In this document: positions 29,163 through 38,539 of the stretch, piece after piece
Layout of the letters: every line of letters starts with the position of its first letter
How positions within the stretch are numbered: position 1 is the stretch's first letter
NCBI GenBank assembly: GCA_963666415.2
Contig: CAXXPD010000003.1
Coordinates: 1,501,907 to 1,565,906 of the forward strand
Origin: Dehalococcoidia bacterium
GTDB taxonomy: Bacteria > Chloroflexota > Dehalococcoidia > Lucifugimonadales > UBA3495
Length of the DNA stretch: 64,000 bases
Reading direction: 5' to 3'
Made by a program: the position numbers and the translations under genes
The notes under the pieces: model-generated
Seen by the model: only the letters and a program-made list of their open reading frames with translations
Told to the model about the DNA's origin: nothing
Databases searched by the model: none

Positions 29163-29229
29163 GGTCTAACCTCCCGGTTTTGTCGAAATGTCAGAATTGC
29201 ACTGCCAGGATGTGTCTGGGGTAAGCGGT

Positions 29230-30787
29230 TTAGTTCCCTTCGGCCAGGTTCATCGCCAGTTGTGCCAGCGTTCGGGTCGGTACGCCGGTAGCGCCTTTGA
29301 GCAGATGTCCCTTGTTGCTTGACGCCGTAGATGTCCCGGCGATGTCAAGATGCACCCAGTCGGCGTCCTCGGCAAACTCCCGCAGGAGCATGGCGGCGGT
29401 AATGGAGCCAGCCTGTCGGCCGCCGGTGTTTTTCATGTCGGCCACGTCCGAGTTGATCAGCTCGCGGTAGTCTTCCAGCATGGGCAATTCCCAGAACCGC
29501 TCGCCGCTGCTGTCGCCGGCGGTGCGTACGCTGTCGGCCAATTCGCTTGAATTGCCCATAATCCCGGTGCAGGCTTTACCCAGCGTGACCACCATGGCGC
29601 CGGTGAGCGTTGCCACATCCACCAGGCGGGTGAGGCCGAGCTGGCGGGCGTAACAGAGCGCGTCCGCCAACACCAGGCGACCCTCGGCGTCTGTGTTGAT
29701 TACTTCGATGGGGGGGGTCTCCGTTCATGGCGGTAACCACGTCGCCGGGGCGTTGTGCGCGGCCGCCTGGCATATTCTCGGTGGCGGCGATGAGGCCGGT
29801 AACGTTAATGCGAGGCTTGAGATTGCCGATTGCCCGCATCGCGGCAATGACCGATGCGCCGCCGGCCATGTCTCCCTTCATGGCCTCCATGTTGGCAGCC
29901 GGTTTGAGCGAGATGCCGCCGGTGTCGAACGTGATGCCCTTGCCCACCAGACCCAGATTGTTATCCGGGTTTTCCGGGTCGCCCCGATAGGTTAGGACGA
30001 TGAGCTTCGGCGGTTCTTCGCTGCCCTACGCCACGCCGAGCAGCGCGCCCATGCCGTGCTGGGTCATCCGGTCGCGCTCGATGACATCCAGTTCCAGGCC
30101 GGCAGACATGGCCACCTCCCGGGCGGCGTCCGCCATTCGCGTCGGTGTCATCACGTTGGCAGGATGATTGACCAGATCCCGAGCCAGCGTGGTTGCCTCG
30201 GCCAGCACCGTTCCGACGGCGACACCGGAGCTCAAGGCATCAACACTGCCGGCGTTTCTTTCAACAATGGTAACGGTGGCGATGTCCGCGTGACGCTCTA
30301 CGGTTTCATCGTCATCGGCGTCGTCCCGGTTGCCGTTGCTGCGGTAGTCGTCGAACTTGTACAGCCCCAGCACTGTCCCCTCTGCAATGGCCTGGCCGCT
30401 TTCACGGGCATCCAGCCCGCCAATTCCGGCGCCGTGAGCAATGGTCGCAAATTCGCCGACGCCCTTCCGCCGCAGGAAGCGGGCCACATCCCCACTGACG
30501 CGACGTACTGCGCCGGCGTCAAAACCGTCGGATTTGCCCAACCCCACCACGACGACGCGGCTGGCCCGGATGCGCCCCATAGTATGTAACAGGGTCAACT
30601 CACCCAGCTTGCCCTTGATCTCTCCGTCGGCGATCAGAGTATTAATCGCACCACCCAAAGCCTGGTCGATGGCTCCGGTCGCGCCGCCGGGTTGGGTAAC
30701 GCCCTGGAAAAGATTGACAACCAAAGCCGGGGTGGGAAAGTCTGTGATGTCGCCAGCAACGACATTTACGGTGGTGCCCATACTCAC
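29230..30787 (-). pseudogene. pepA: Leucyl aminopeptidase (M17) interrupted by an in-frame TAG and a +1 frameshift
   Basis: Three collinear fragments. The N-terminal domain (30029-30787) ends at TAG 30026-30028. The same frame continues GSEEPPKLIVLTY...VGKGITFDTGGISLKP. After the G8 run (29710-29717) the signature IEVINTDAEGRLVLADAL continues in another frame, to 29230. Confidence 0.8.
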
Positions 30788-30920
30788 GCTCCTGTGCCGC
30801 TGAAACGGTTAACCTGTGCTGGCCCCGATTATGCCGTTATGTCGACCTGGGCACAACCAGCCTCAGACAACGCCCGTGGAGGTCAATCGCCGGGCGACAG
30901 CAGTTCCCGCCCTCGGTAGA

Positions 30921-31577
30921 CTACGTCGCGGACTCAGACGCCCAACCGGTGCGGCGCAGGACTTCTTCCAACACGGCCGCCGCCTGTTCCGGCCGGCTCA
31001 CCAGCAGATGGGGGCGAGGCACGGGCTGATCCGCGACCGCCATGCGCGAGTAAATGCGCCAGTCAGCGTCGCTTTCGGCAGCATCGCCAACGCCGTGGGA
31101 GCGGTCGAGCAGACGCCGGCGCACCAGCTGCGGCTCGGCGGTGAATCGCACCAGGATAGGCTCAACTCCGGCCTCCGATGCCACGTCGTAAAGCGGGAGC
31201 CTCACTGCCTCGTTCAAGTTCGTCGCGTCGAAAACTACCGAACGGCCAGCAGCCAACAATTCTCGTGTTATCGCGTGCATCACCGCAAAAACACGGCGAT
31301 GCTCGCCACGGGTATAACGGGGCGCGCTGATTAGCGATTTACGCGTCCGATCGCTGTTCACCCAAATGATCGGCGCCCGGGCCGTCAGCTCCTGCGCAAA
31401 GTGGGATTTGCCGGTCCCTGGCAAACCGCACAGTACCACCAACGATGGCGGCGGTAGATGGCTACCAGGGTTTCGTGCTGCGGGTTCCCCGAGGGCTTTG
31501 CGAACAACCCCAAGGTCGGCAGGGTTCAGGCCGCCTGCAGTCCAAAACTCTGGGTTGGCGGACCCCGGTTGCGACAA
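30921..31577 (-). CDS. P-loop ATPase/kinase (AAA_33-like)
   Basis: LCGLPGTGKSHFA Walker A, followed by a small kinase-like fold. Confidence 0.6.
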   Translation of the reverse strand: MSQPGSANPEFWTAGGLNPADLGVVRKALGEPAARNPGSHLPPPSLVVLCGLPGTGKSHFAQELTARAPIIWVNSDRTRKSLISAPRYTRGEHRRVFAVMHAITRELLAAGRSVVFDATNLNEAVRLPLYDVASEAGVEPILVRFTAEPQLVRRRLLDRSHGVGDAAESDADWRIYSRMAVADQPVPRPHLLVSRPEQAAAVLEEVLRRTGWASESAT

Positions 31578-31612
31578 TGCCTTTCATCCGATGGTTGGCG
31601 CCACGTGCCCGT

Positions 31613-31894
31613 TTATACCAGGAAGCGGGTAAGCAACCGCTGGACCACCGTCAAGATGATAATTACCACGACAGGGCTCAGGTCGATCATCCCCAGCTGG
31701 GGCAGAATACGGCGGATTGGGCCCAACACCGGTTCGGTCAACATGAACACTACGTCGTAAACTTTCCCCAATGCCTCGGGCACCGTATTCCCTCGCATCG
31801 TCATGAATTGCAGTACTAATCCCAGCACCATCCGCGCCACCAGCATGATGTTGTACAGCATGATGACGTAACTAATTAATTGGAGTAGTTGCAC
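31613..31894 (-). CDS. YggT family membrane protein
   Basis: 93 aa with two hydrophobic helices and the EPVLGPIRRILP motif. Confidence 0.85.
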   Translation of the reverse strand: MQLLQLISYVIMLYNIMLVARMVLGLVLQFMTMRGNTVPEALGKVYDVVFMLTEPVLGPIRRILPQLGMIDLSPVVVIIILTVVQRLLTRFLV

Positions 31895-31927
31895 GGTGTG
31901 TCCTGAATCCGGTTGGCGCTGTTTTAA

Positions 31928-32731
31928 TTATGCCTGACCGAGGCGTATAGACTTTAGGTAGGCGGCATTTACCGCATCAACGATGGCCGCCGGCACACCG
32001 GCCCGCTCCAGAACCTGCAAACCCTCGGCGGTTGTGCCGCCGGGGGAGGTAACCATATCTTTGAGTTCGCCGGGATGGCGGCCAGTTTCCGAGACCAACT
32101 CCACGCTGCCTTTCACGGTTTGGAGGGTCAGCCGGCGCGCGGTATCGCGGGGCAATCCGACGTAAACGCCGGCGTCAATCATGGCTTCCACGATCATGAA
32201 GACGTAAGCCGGCCCGCTGGCGCTCAATGCGGTGGCCATATCGAGATATTTCTCGTCGTCAACGTAAATTTCATCGCCAATGGTTCCCAGTATGGCCGCC
32301 GCGGCTTCACGGTGCTCGGCGCTCACTGATTTGGCACACGTCCACATCGTCATCCCAGCGCCAATCTGAGCGGGCATGTTGGGCATAACCCGAATGATGC
32401 CGTCATGTTTGGCGCCGTCAGCCAGGGATTGCATCCGAGCGCCGGCCACAATCGACATCAACGCCTGCTGACCGGTGAAAGAACCGCCGATGTCGGAGTA
32501 AACCTTGGGCAAATCCTGGGGCTTGATGGCCAGAACAATCAGATCGGAGTGAGCCAATACGACGTTGTTGTCTCCCGTTACCCCGACGCCGTAGCGCTCA
32601 ACGAGATAATCCCGACGAGGCGGTACCGGCTCGCCCACCATCACCCCGTCCGACTGGGCCACGCCGGCGCTCAGCATTCCGCCCAGGATGGCTTCGGCCA
32701 TGGTGCCGCCGCCGATAAATCCAATGTTCAT
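31928..32731 (-). CDS. proC: Pyrroline-5-carboxylate reductase
   Basis: IGFIGGGTMAEAI N-terminus and VTSPGGTTAEGL motif. Confidence 0.93.
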   Translation of the reverse strand: MNIGFIGGGTMAEAILGGMLSAGVAQSDGVMVGEPVPPRRDYLVERYGVGVTGDNNVVLAHSDLIVLAIKPQDLPKVYSDIGGSFTGQQALMSIVAGARMQSLADGAKHDGIIRVMPNMPAQIGAGMTMWTCAKSVSAEHREAAAAILGTIGDEIYVDDEKYLDMATALSASGPAYVFMIVEAMIDAGVYVGLPRDTARRLTLQTVKGSVELVSETGRHPGELKDMVTSPGGTTAEGLQVLERAGVPAAIVDAVNAAYLKSIRLGQA

Positions 32732-32752
32732 TTGGCTATCCGTCCCGGCAGT

Positions 32753-33796
32753 TCAGTCGATGGCCCAGGTGTCGGTGATTCCGTCGCCGCGGGCAAACGC
32801 CACGGCCATCCGAATGGATTCCACCATCGAGGTGTGGTCGGCCACGTTCTGGCCGGCGATATCGAACGCGGTACCGTGATCTACTGATGTCCGCACGAAA
32901 GGCAGGCCCAAGTTGGCGGTAATGCTTTCCTCGAACCCGTAGACCTTCACGGCAATGTGACCCTGATCGTGATACATGGCGAGCACCACGTCGTAACGAT
33001 CGTTGATGGCCTGGTGGTAAATCGCGTCGGCCGGCACGGGGCCCGTAGCGTTGATGCCTTCCGTTTTGGCGGCCAGCACCGCCGGTGCAATCTCGTCGGC
33101 TTCTTCGTTACCCAGCAGGCCGCCGTCGCTGCCATGAGGATTCAACGCCGCGACGCCAATCCGGGGGGTCTCGAATCCCCACTGCCTGAAACTCTGGTCG
33201 GTGAGGCGCAGGTAGTCCAGGATGCGGGCTTGCTTCACGTAGTCGCAGGCCACCCGCAGCGAGCGGTGCGTACTCAGGTGAACCACACGCAGGTTTTTGG
33301 CCATCAGCATGGTTGCAACCGTCTTGGCGCCGGACAGCTCCTGCAAAAGTTCCATGTGGCCGATGGCTTCGTAGCCGGCCATGGCCGCCGCCTCTTTGTT
33401 CAACGGCGCGGTTGCCAGTCCATCAACGACGCCCGCCATTGCCAGTTGGCCAGCCTTGCTGACCCATTCCATCGCTGCTTTACCGCAGGCGACGCTGAGT
33501 TGGCCAACTGAGATGTCCTCGGGGTTCAGGTTTCCAATGTCCACCACATCTACTACTGACGGGTTTTCGCCCGTCCCGATGGGGTCATCGGTGCGTCTGA
33601 TGGTCAGGGCCGAGCCAGTGAGTTTGACGGCCTGCTGCATGGCGTAGGCATTGCCAACCACCATGGGGCGGCACGAGGCATAAACACGCGGGTCGGCGAG
33701 CGCCTTCACCACTACTTCCGGGCCAATGCCACAGGGGTCGCCCATTGTGATGGCTATGGCCGGGCGACTAACGGCGGGGTTTGTATTCTGTGTCAC
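32753..33796 (-). CDS. pdxA: 4-hydroxythreonine-4-phosphate dehydrogenase
   Basis: ITMGDPCGIGPEV, HGSDGG and RTSVDHGTAFDIAG motifs. Confidence 0.92.
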   Translation of the reverse strand: MTQNTNPAVSRPAIAITMGDPCGIGPEVVVKALADPRVYASCRPMVVGNAYAMQQAVKLTGSALTIRRTDDPIGTGENPSVVDVVDIGNLNPEDISVGQLSVACGKAAMEWVSKAGQLAMAGVVDGLATAPLNKEAAAMAGYEAIGHMELLQELSGAKTVATMLMAKNLRVVHLSTHRSLRVACDYVKQARILDYLRLTDQSFRQWGFETPRIGVAALNPHGSDGGLLGNEEADEIAPAVLAAKTEGINATGPVPADAIYHQAINDRYDVVLAMYHDQGHIAVKVYGFEESITANLGLPFVRTSVDHGTAFDIAGQNVADHTSMVESIRMAVAFARGDGITDTWAID

Positions 33797-33844
33797 AGTT
33801 TGCCTCTCCGGAAAGATCGGGGCGCTCCTACCTACCGTCGGTTG

Positions 33845-33853
33845 ATTATAGCA
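33845..33853 (-). promoter_or_regulatory. Candidate extended -10 promoter (TGCTATAAT) for pdxA
   Basis: The reverse complement of 33845-33853 reads TGCTATAAT, about 50 nt upstream of the pdxA start. Confidence 0.35.
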
Positions 33854-33914
33854 CCCCGATTTCAGACAATATATTTGACGAAAATCGCCAAACTGTGTTA
33901 AATGCCAGTTGTCA

Positions 33915-34009
33915 TGGCGGGGGAGACAGGATTCGAACCTGCGAAGGGTGCCAAGAACACCCTTACTCGATCCTTAATCGAGCGCAATCGACTTCTATGC
34001 GACTGCCCC
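33915..34009 (-). tRNA. Class II (long variable arm) tRNA, anticodon loop UUAAGGA = AAG (Leu by anticodon), discriminator G73, CCA encoded
   Basis: Hand-folded 95-nt cloverleaf. Acceptor GGGGCAG/CUCCCCC with one C-C mismatch; D arm GCAU-AGAAGUCGA-UUGC; anticodon arm CUCGA-UUAAGGA-UCGAG. Variable-arm stem AAGGGUG/CACCCUU; T arm GCAGG-UUCGAAU-CCUGU; then GCCA. Confidence 0.7.
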
Positions 34010-34020
34010 GCGATGTTTAG

Positions 34021-34055
34021 CCGGGAAAGGCCCTCTGCAAAGAAGCCCTTCCCGG
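34021..34055 (-). terminator. Hairpin immediately downstream of nrdJ
   Basis: CCGGGAAAGGC (34021-34031) pairs with GCCCTTCCCGG (34045-34055) with one mismatch. No strong U-tract. Confidence 0.4.
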
Positions 34056-34064
34056 TGATCTATG

Positions 34065-36569
34065 TCACTCGCACTTCGTCCAGCCGCAGGAGAAGCAGGT
34101 CAGACAACCCTCCTGACTCACCGCGGCGCCGTTGCATTCCGGGCAACGCCTGGTGTAGGTTCCGGGCACGTCATGGACGCCATTGGAACCGTTGCCGTTG
34201 GTTACGCCAACTGGCGTGGCACTTCCCAGCGTTTGTTGTTGAGGCATCCAAGGGCGCACTTCCGGGCCATCACTGCCATAGCCGGGTGCACCGGAAGGCA
34301 GGGTCAATTGCACTCCGGCGGCTCCACCGTGCCCCGTGTCGGGTTCCTGCGTGATTCTTTCCAGCACGATGGCAACTGCATCCGGACCGGAGCGAACCAG
34401 CGTCCCCTCGTCCCAGGCCGGGCAGCAGGTGATCCCCCGCAGTTGTCGGGTCACTTCTTCGGTCTCGATACCGGCTCGCAGCGCCAGCGATACCAGACGG
34501 GACACTGCCTCCAGCAGAGCGGCGTCGCATCCGCCGGCTTTGCCCATGGTGCCAAACACCTCGAAGGGCGAGTTGTTTTCGTCCAGGTTCACCGTTACGT
34601 ACATGTTGCCGTGCCCGGTGCGGACACGCTCCGTGATGCCCTGGGTCCGACGGGGACGTTCGCGGGGGATCCGTGGCCCCGGCACCTCAATGGTTCTTAC
34701 ATCGGGGGCCTCGCCAGCGTGCGTTCCCGCCGTGGCGCCGGTACTCAACACCTGCTCGGATTTGCTGCCATCGCGGTAAACCGTGATTCCCTTGCAGCCC
34801 AGCTCGTAGGCCGCGCGGTATGCTTCCGCCACGTCATCAACCGTTGCGTCGTGGGGGAAGTTGATGGTTTTGGACACGGCGTTGTCGGTATAAGTCTGGA
34901 AGGCCGCCTGCATCTTCACGTGCCACTGAGGATTGATATCGTGGGAGACCCGGAACACGTTTTTCACCCAGCCGGGCACCGCCAGGCCGTCCAGCGAGCC
35001 GCTGGCAGCCAGCTGCTCCATCAGCTCAGGCGAATAGAAACCCTCGTGGCGGGCAACGGCTTCAAAGTACGTGTTTCCTTCTACCAGACGCGTATTGTCC
35101 ATTACGTTGCGCACATAGGACAACGCGAACAGTGGCTCGATCCCGCTGGACGCGCCGGCGATGATGCTGATGGTTCCGGTTGGGGCAATGGTTACTGGCG
35201 CGGAGTTTCGCATGGGTTGCGACCCGGGCCCGTCGTTGTACACGCTGAATTCCCATTCCGGGAACACACCACGGCGCATCGCCAACTCGCCGGATGCCCG
35301 GTAAGTCTCCTGCTGGATGCGACGCATAACCTCTTTAGCCAACTCCAGGGCTTCCTCACTGTCGTAGGGAACGCCGAGTTGGATCAGCAAATCTGACCAG
35401 CCCATGACCCCGAGACCGATGCGCCGGGTTTTGCGGCTCATCTCGGCAATTTCCGGGATGGGGTAATCGTTCATATCAATAACGGAGTCGAGCATGTGCA
35501 CGGCAGCGGTGATCACCTCGGCCATGCGCTGCCAGTCCATTTCCACGTCATCATCGGCGTAACGAACCATTCGCGCCAGATTCAGCGAGCCGAGGTTGCA
35601 AGATTCATACGGAAGCAACGGTTGTTCGCCGCAGGGGTTGGTCGACTCAATGTCGCCGAGTTGCGGGTTCGGATTGTCCCGGTTGATACGATCCAAGAAT
35701 ACGATGCCGGGGTCTCCGGTGCGCCAGGCCAGCTCGGTCATGCTGGTAAACACATCGCGGGCGTTGAGTTGGCCGACGATGGCGTCAGTCCTTGGGTTGA
35801 CGAGGTCGTAGTCCTCGCCGTTCTGTACCTTCTGCATGAACTCTTCGGTAACGGCCACCGAGATGTTGAAATTGCTCAAGTGCTGTCCGTCTGCCTTGGC
35901 GGTAATAAACGCCATGATGTCCGGATGCGTTACGTGCAATATTCCCATGTTGGCGCCGCGCCGGGTACCGCCCTGCTTGACCACATCGGTAGCAGCGTCG
36001 AAGGCGTTGATGAAGCTGACCGGGCCGGAGGCGACACCGCCGGTAGAACCAACAACATCCCCCTCCGGGCGCAACCGTGAAAAAGCAAAACCGGTCCCGC
36101 CACCACTCTTATGGATGAGGGCGGTCTGCTTTACCTTGGTAAAAATTGAGTCCAGCGAATCTTCCACCGGCAACACGAAGCAGGCCGACAGTTGCTGCAA
36201 CTCGCGTCCCGCGTTCATCAGCGTTGGCGAGTTGGGCAAGAACTCCAGCCGTTGCATTATTTCGTAGAAACGCCGCTCGGTGTCTTGCCGTTCCGTATTG
36301 GAAACGCCGTAGAGCAGATCAGACTCGGACAGGTTGTGTGCCACGCGCCGGAACATCCCATCGGGGTCTTCCAGGATGTTACCCTCCCGGTCTTTGGACA
36401 GATAGCGTCGTTTCAGCACCACCCTGGCGTTGTCGGTAAGTTCGCCAGTCCGTTGGTTATATGAAGCGGCAATGCCGGCCGCGACCATTGCATTCCGGAT
36501 CCGTTTCCTGACCACATCGGCAGACGCGGATTCGCTAATTATGCTGGTACTTCCTGCTGTTACCTCCAC
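34065..36569 (-). CDS. nrdJ: Adenosylcobalamin-dependent (class II) ribonucleotide reductase
   Basis: LEFLPNSPTLMNAG, NPCGEQPLLPYESCNLGS, the C-terminal Cys pair and a CPECNG...CFSCGW zinc ribbon. 834 aa. Confidence 0.93.
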   Translation of the reverse strand: MEVTAGSTSIISESASADVVRKRIRNAMVAAGIAASYNQRTGELTDNARVVLKRRYLSKDREGNILEDPDGMFRRVAHNLSESDLLYGVSNTERQDTERRFYEIMQRLEFLPNSPTLMNAGRELQQLSACFVLPVEDSLDSIFTKVKQTALIHKSGGGTGFAFSRLRPEGDVVGSTGGVASGPVSFINAFDAATDVVKQGGTRRGANMGILHVTHPDIMAFITAKADGQHLSNFNISVAVTEEFMQKVQNGEDYDLVNPRTDAIVGQLNARDVFTSMTELAWRTGDPGIVFLDRINRDNPNPQLGDIESTNPCGEQPLLPYESCNLGSLNLARMVRYADDDVEMDWQRMAEVITAAVHMLDSVIDMNDYPIPEIAEMSRKTRRIGLGVMGWSDLLIQLGVPYDSEEALELAKEVMRRIQQETYRASGELAMRRGVFPEWEFSVYNDGPGSQPMRNSAPVTIAPTGTISIIAGASSGIEPLFALSYVRNVMDNTRLVEGNTYFEAVARHEGFYSPELMEQLAASGSLDGLAVPGWVKNVFRVSHDINPQWHVKMQAAFQTYTDNAVSKTINFPHDATVDDVAEAYRAAYELGCKGITVYRDGSKSEQVLSTGATAGTHAGEAPDVRTIEVPGPRIPRERPRRTQGITERVRTGHGNMYVTVNLDENNSPFEVFGTMGKAGGCDAALLEAVSRLVSLALRAGIETEEVTRQLRGITCCPAWDEGTLVRSGPDAVAIVLERITQEPDTGHGGAAGVQLTLPSGAPGYGSDGPEVRPWMPQQQTLGSATPVGVTNGNGSNGVHDVPGTYTRRCPECNGAAVSQEGCLTCFSCGWTKCE

Positions 36570-36701
36570 AATTCCCTCCTTTCAAAATCACTCAAATTTT
36601 CAAATAAATGTCCCAGATTTGCGTTATAAACCTGAAACGTTATGTTAACGCATGCGGGCAATTAATTACCACACTGATCCACGTTTTGTACCAATATGAC
36701 G

Positions 36702-37148
36702 CTATGGGGCGCCAATGCGGTCGGGTCGTTTGATCCCCGCCAGCCTGGTCGTAACATCCAGATCAAATCGTAGTCCCTTGTAGAAATACAGGACTGGAAC
36801 TTCCCGCACCGGACGCAAGTCGAACCCCGTCAGCGAGGCCGCGACGTCTTGCACGCGCCCCATCGCCCCGGATGCGCTAGGTGCTCGCCGGGTAACCCGA
36901 CGCACGACCCCGGACGTCATACGGATACCCAGTCCAGTTAGCGTCTCAGCGACCACATCGGCGAAATTTTTCAACGCGCCATCGGCTACCGTGTGGTTGG
37001 CGCCGAGTCGCATGGTGAATCCGTTGCCAGTTCTCCGGCACGAGACCACCGGGAACACCGACTTGAGCCGGTCGACGATCTGTGATTCATTACCTTCCGG
37101 GCATGAATCACAATTGATATTCACGTTGTACTGAACCATTTGTTGCAT
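36702..37148 (-). CDS. Hypothetical protein (about 148 aa from the ATG at 37148; the ORF track starts at TTG 37187)
   Basis: High GC3 coding bias, same orientation as nrdR and nrdJ, contains a CDSC motif. No family recognised. Confidence 0.5.
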   Translation of the reverse strand: MQQMVQYNVNINCDSCPEGNESQIVDRLKSVFPVVSCRRTGNGFTMRLGANHTVADGALKNFADVVAETLTGLGIRMTSGVVRRVTRRAPSASGAMGRVQDVAASLTGFDLRPVREVPVLYFYKGLRFDLDVTTRLAGIKRPDRIGAP

Positions 37149-37308
37149 TTCTGTAGTGCTCCAGAGCGCTTGGCTCCTTGGGGTCAATTTCGGCGCTATC
37201 GCGAAACCTTGCCGTGCTGCGAGTAGGCTCTCAGCAGGCCGGGATAAGCAGGCTCGGTTTGCATTCGAGAGCCATACGAACCCCGGCTAATAGTCGGCTT
37301 TATCGGGC

Positions 37309-37632
37309 TTATGCGATAAGGTCTTCTCCCTCGCTGGAAATCGGCAAAGCTGCCCAGCAACTTACCAGACACGCCCTGGATTCCCGGGCGATGTCGTCCT
37401 GCAATTCGGCGAAGGGGTTTGGAATCCACGAGCCACCAATGTCCGCATCGTTGACCATCCAGTCTGACGGGACCCACATCTTCCGCAGCATATCCTCCAT
37501 GTCGTGGACCCGGTTGTTGTGCGTCAACAGCCTGGTTAGGGCGGAGTACTGAACGCTGCTGCTCATAATGGTGTTGAACACCTCCAGTCTAGTGATTTGC
37601 GATTGGCGAGCAAGTGGGTTCATTTTGATCAA
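37309..37632 (-). CDS. Hypothetical protein (107 aa or shorter)
   Basis: About 75% G/C at third codon positions, and lies between nrdR and nrdJ. No family recognised; start uncertain. Confidence 0.5.
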   Translation of the reverse strand: MIKMNPLARQSQITRLEVFNTIMSSSVQYSALTRLLTHNNRVHDMEDMLRKMWVPSDWMVNDADIGGSWIPNPFAELQDDIARESRACLVSCWAALPISSEGEDLIA

Positions 37633-37700
37633 CGGGGCACTGCGATGGTGGCTACGCAGTTGCGCCCAGAGTCGCGAAGTTTATTGATCGGCGCACGCCG

Positions 37701-38246
37701 CTACTTTGCGGGTGGTGGTGTCGACCGGCCGCGGCGACCAGCGGACGGGCGGCGGGTTCGCCGGGTGGTTACGGCGGCGAGGCCCATCAATGGTTCGGGC
37801 TGTCCCAGGCGTACGGACCTGGCCTGTTCTTCGAAATCAGCGGCGCTCTGGAAGTCGTGATATACGGATGCGTAACGCACGTATGCCACTTCATCCAACA
37901 GCCGCAAGCGTTCCAGAACCATTAAACCAAGGTCGCGTGACTTCACGATGCCGCTGCCAATCCGCTGCAATTCAGCCTCAATATCGTCGGCGAGACGATC
38001 GAGCTCGCGCTGCGGGATGGGGCGGCGTGTGCACGCCATATTGATGCCGGTCAGCAACTTGTCCCGGCTGAAATCCTGCCGTCGGCCGTCGCGTTTGTCG
38101 ACTTGCAACGTAGGGATTCTGACCAGTTCGTGGGTGGTGAAGCGATTTCCACAAGCCAGGCATTCACGGCGGCGGCGGATGCCGGCATCGGTTTCCCGAG
38201 AATCCGTAACCTTGCTCTGGTTTTGCTCACACTGAGGGCATTTCAT
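37701..38246 (-). CDS. nrdR: Transcriptional repressor NrdR
   Basis: MKCPQC...SKVTDSR...RRRREC..CGNRFTT zinc ribbon plus an ATP-cone. Carries an extra Arg-rich C-terminal tail. Confidence 0.93.
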   Translation of the reverse strand: MKCPQCEQNQSKVTDSRETDAGIRRRRECLACGNRFTTHELVRIPTLQVDKRDGRRQDFSRDKLLTGINMACTRRPIPQRELDRLADDIEAELQRIGSGIVKSRDLGLMVLERLRLLDEVAYVRYASVYHDFQSAADFEEQARSVRLGQPEPLMGLAAVTTRRTRRPSAGRRGRSTPPPAK

Positions 38247-38291
38247 AAATTAATCCAAATTTGGTTGCTTTCTCAAATAATTCTTGGGATT

Positions 38292-38338
38292 AGCACATAT
38301 AGTGCTTGCGATTGAATTCACCACAATTTGTTGTGGTG
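38292..38338. promoter_or_regulatory. Two tandem NrdR-box-like palindromes upstream of nrdR
   Basis: AGCACATATAGTGCT (38292-38306) and CACCACAATTTGTTGTGGTG (38319-38338). Centres are about 30 bp apart, 46-92 nt upstream of the nrdR start. They resemble the acaCwAtATaTwGtgt consensus. Confidence 0.65.
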
Positions 38339-38539
38339 CGAAGTATAGCCTAACCGCCAGCGAAGATTCAATTAAGCGGCGGATGCGAGTTTCAACGATT
38401 TTCACGCAGTTCCTAACATCCATGCCCTCTCACGAAGATTTCCTCCGGTGCGGCGAAACCTGTGGTGGTATCCGACCCAACAAAAACCCCCTTCCATCAT
38501 GGAAGGGGGCTGGAGAACCAGGAATGTACGTATCAGGAT

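Noticed and set aside
33915-34011. tRNA-Sec (selC) or an allo-tRNA with an 8/4 or 9/3 fold, suggested by the 95-97 nt length and very long variable arm.
   Set aside because: There is no UCA anticodon. The best fold is a normal 7-bp acceptor plus 5-bp T stem with G73-CCA. The possible 9-bp acceptor (adding GC at the 5' end) would leave no CCA and would break the 12-bp acceptor-plus-T rule.
36570-36701. An NrdR box or cobalamin riboswitch directly upstream of nrdJ.
   Set aside because: Only a weak half-palindrome (CCACACTGATCCACG) is present, and there is no B12-box-like sequence. The convincing NrdR boxes are upstream of nrdR instead.
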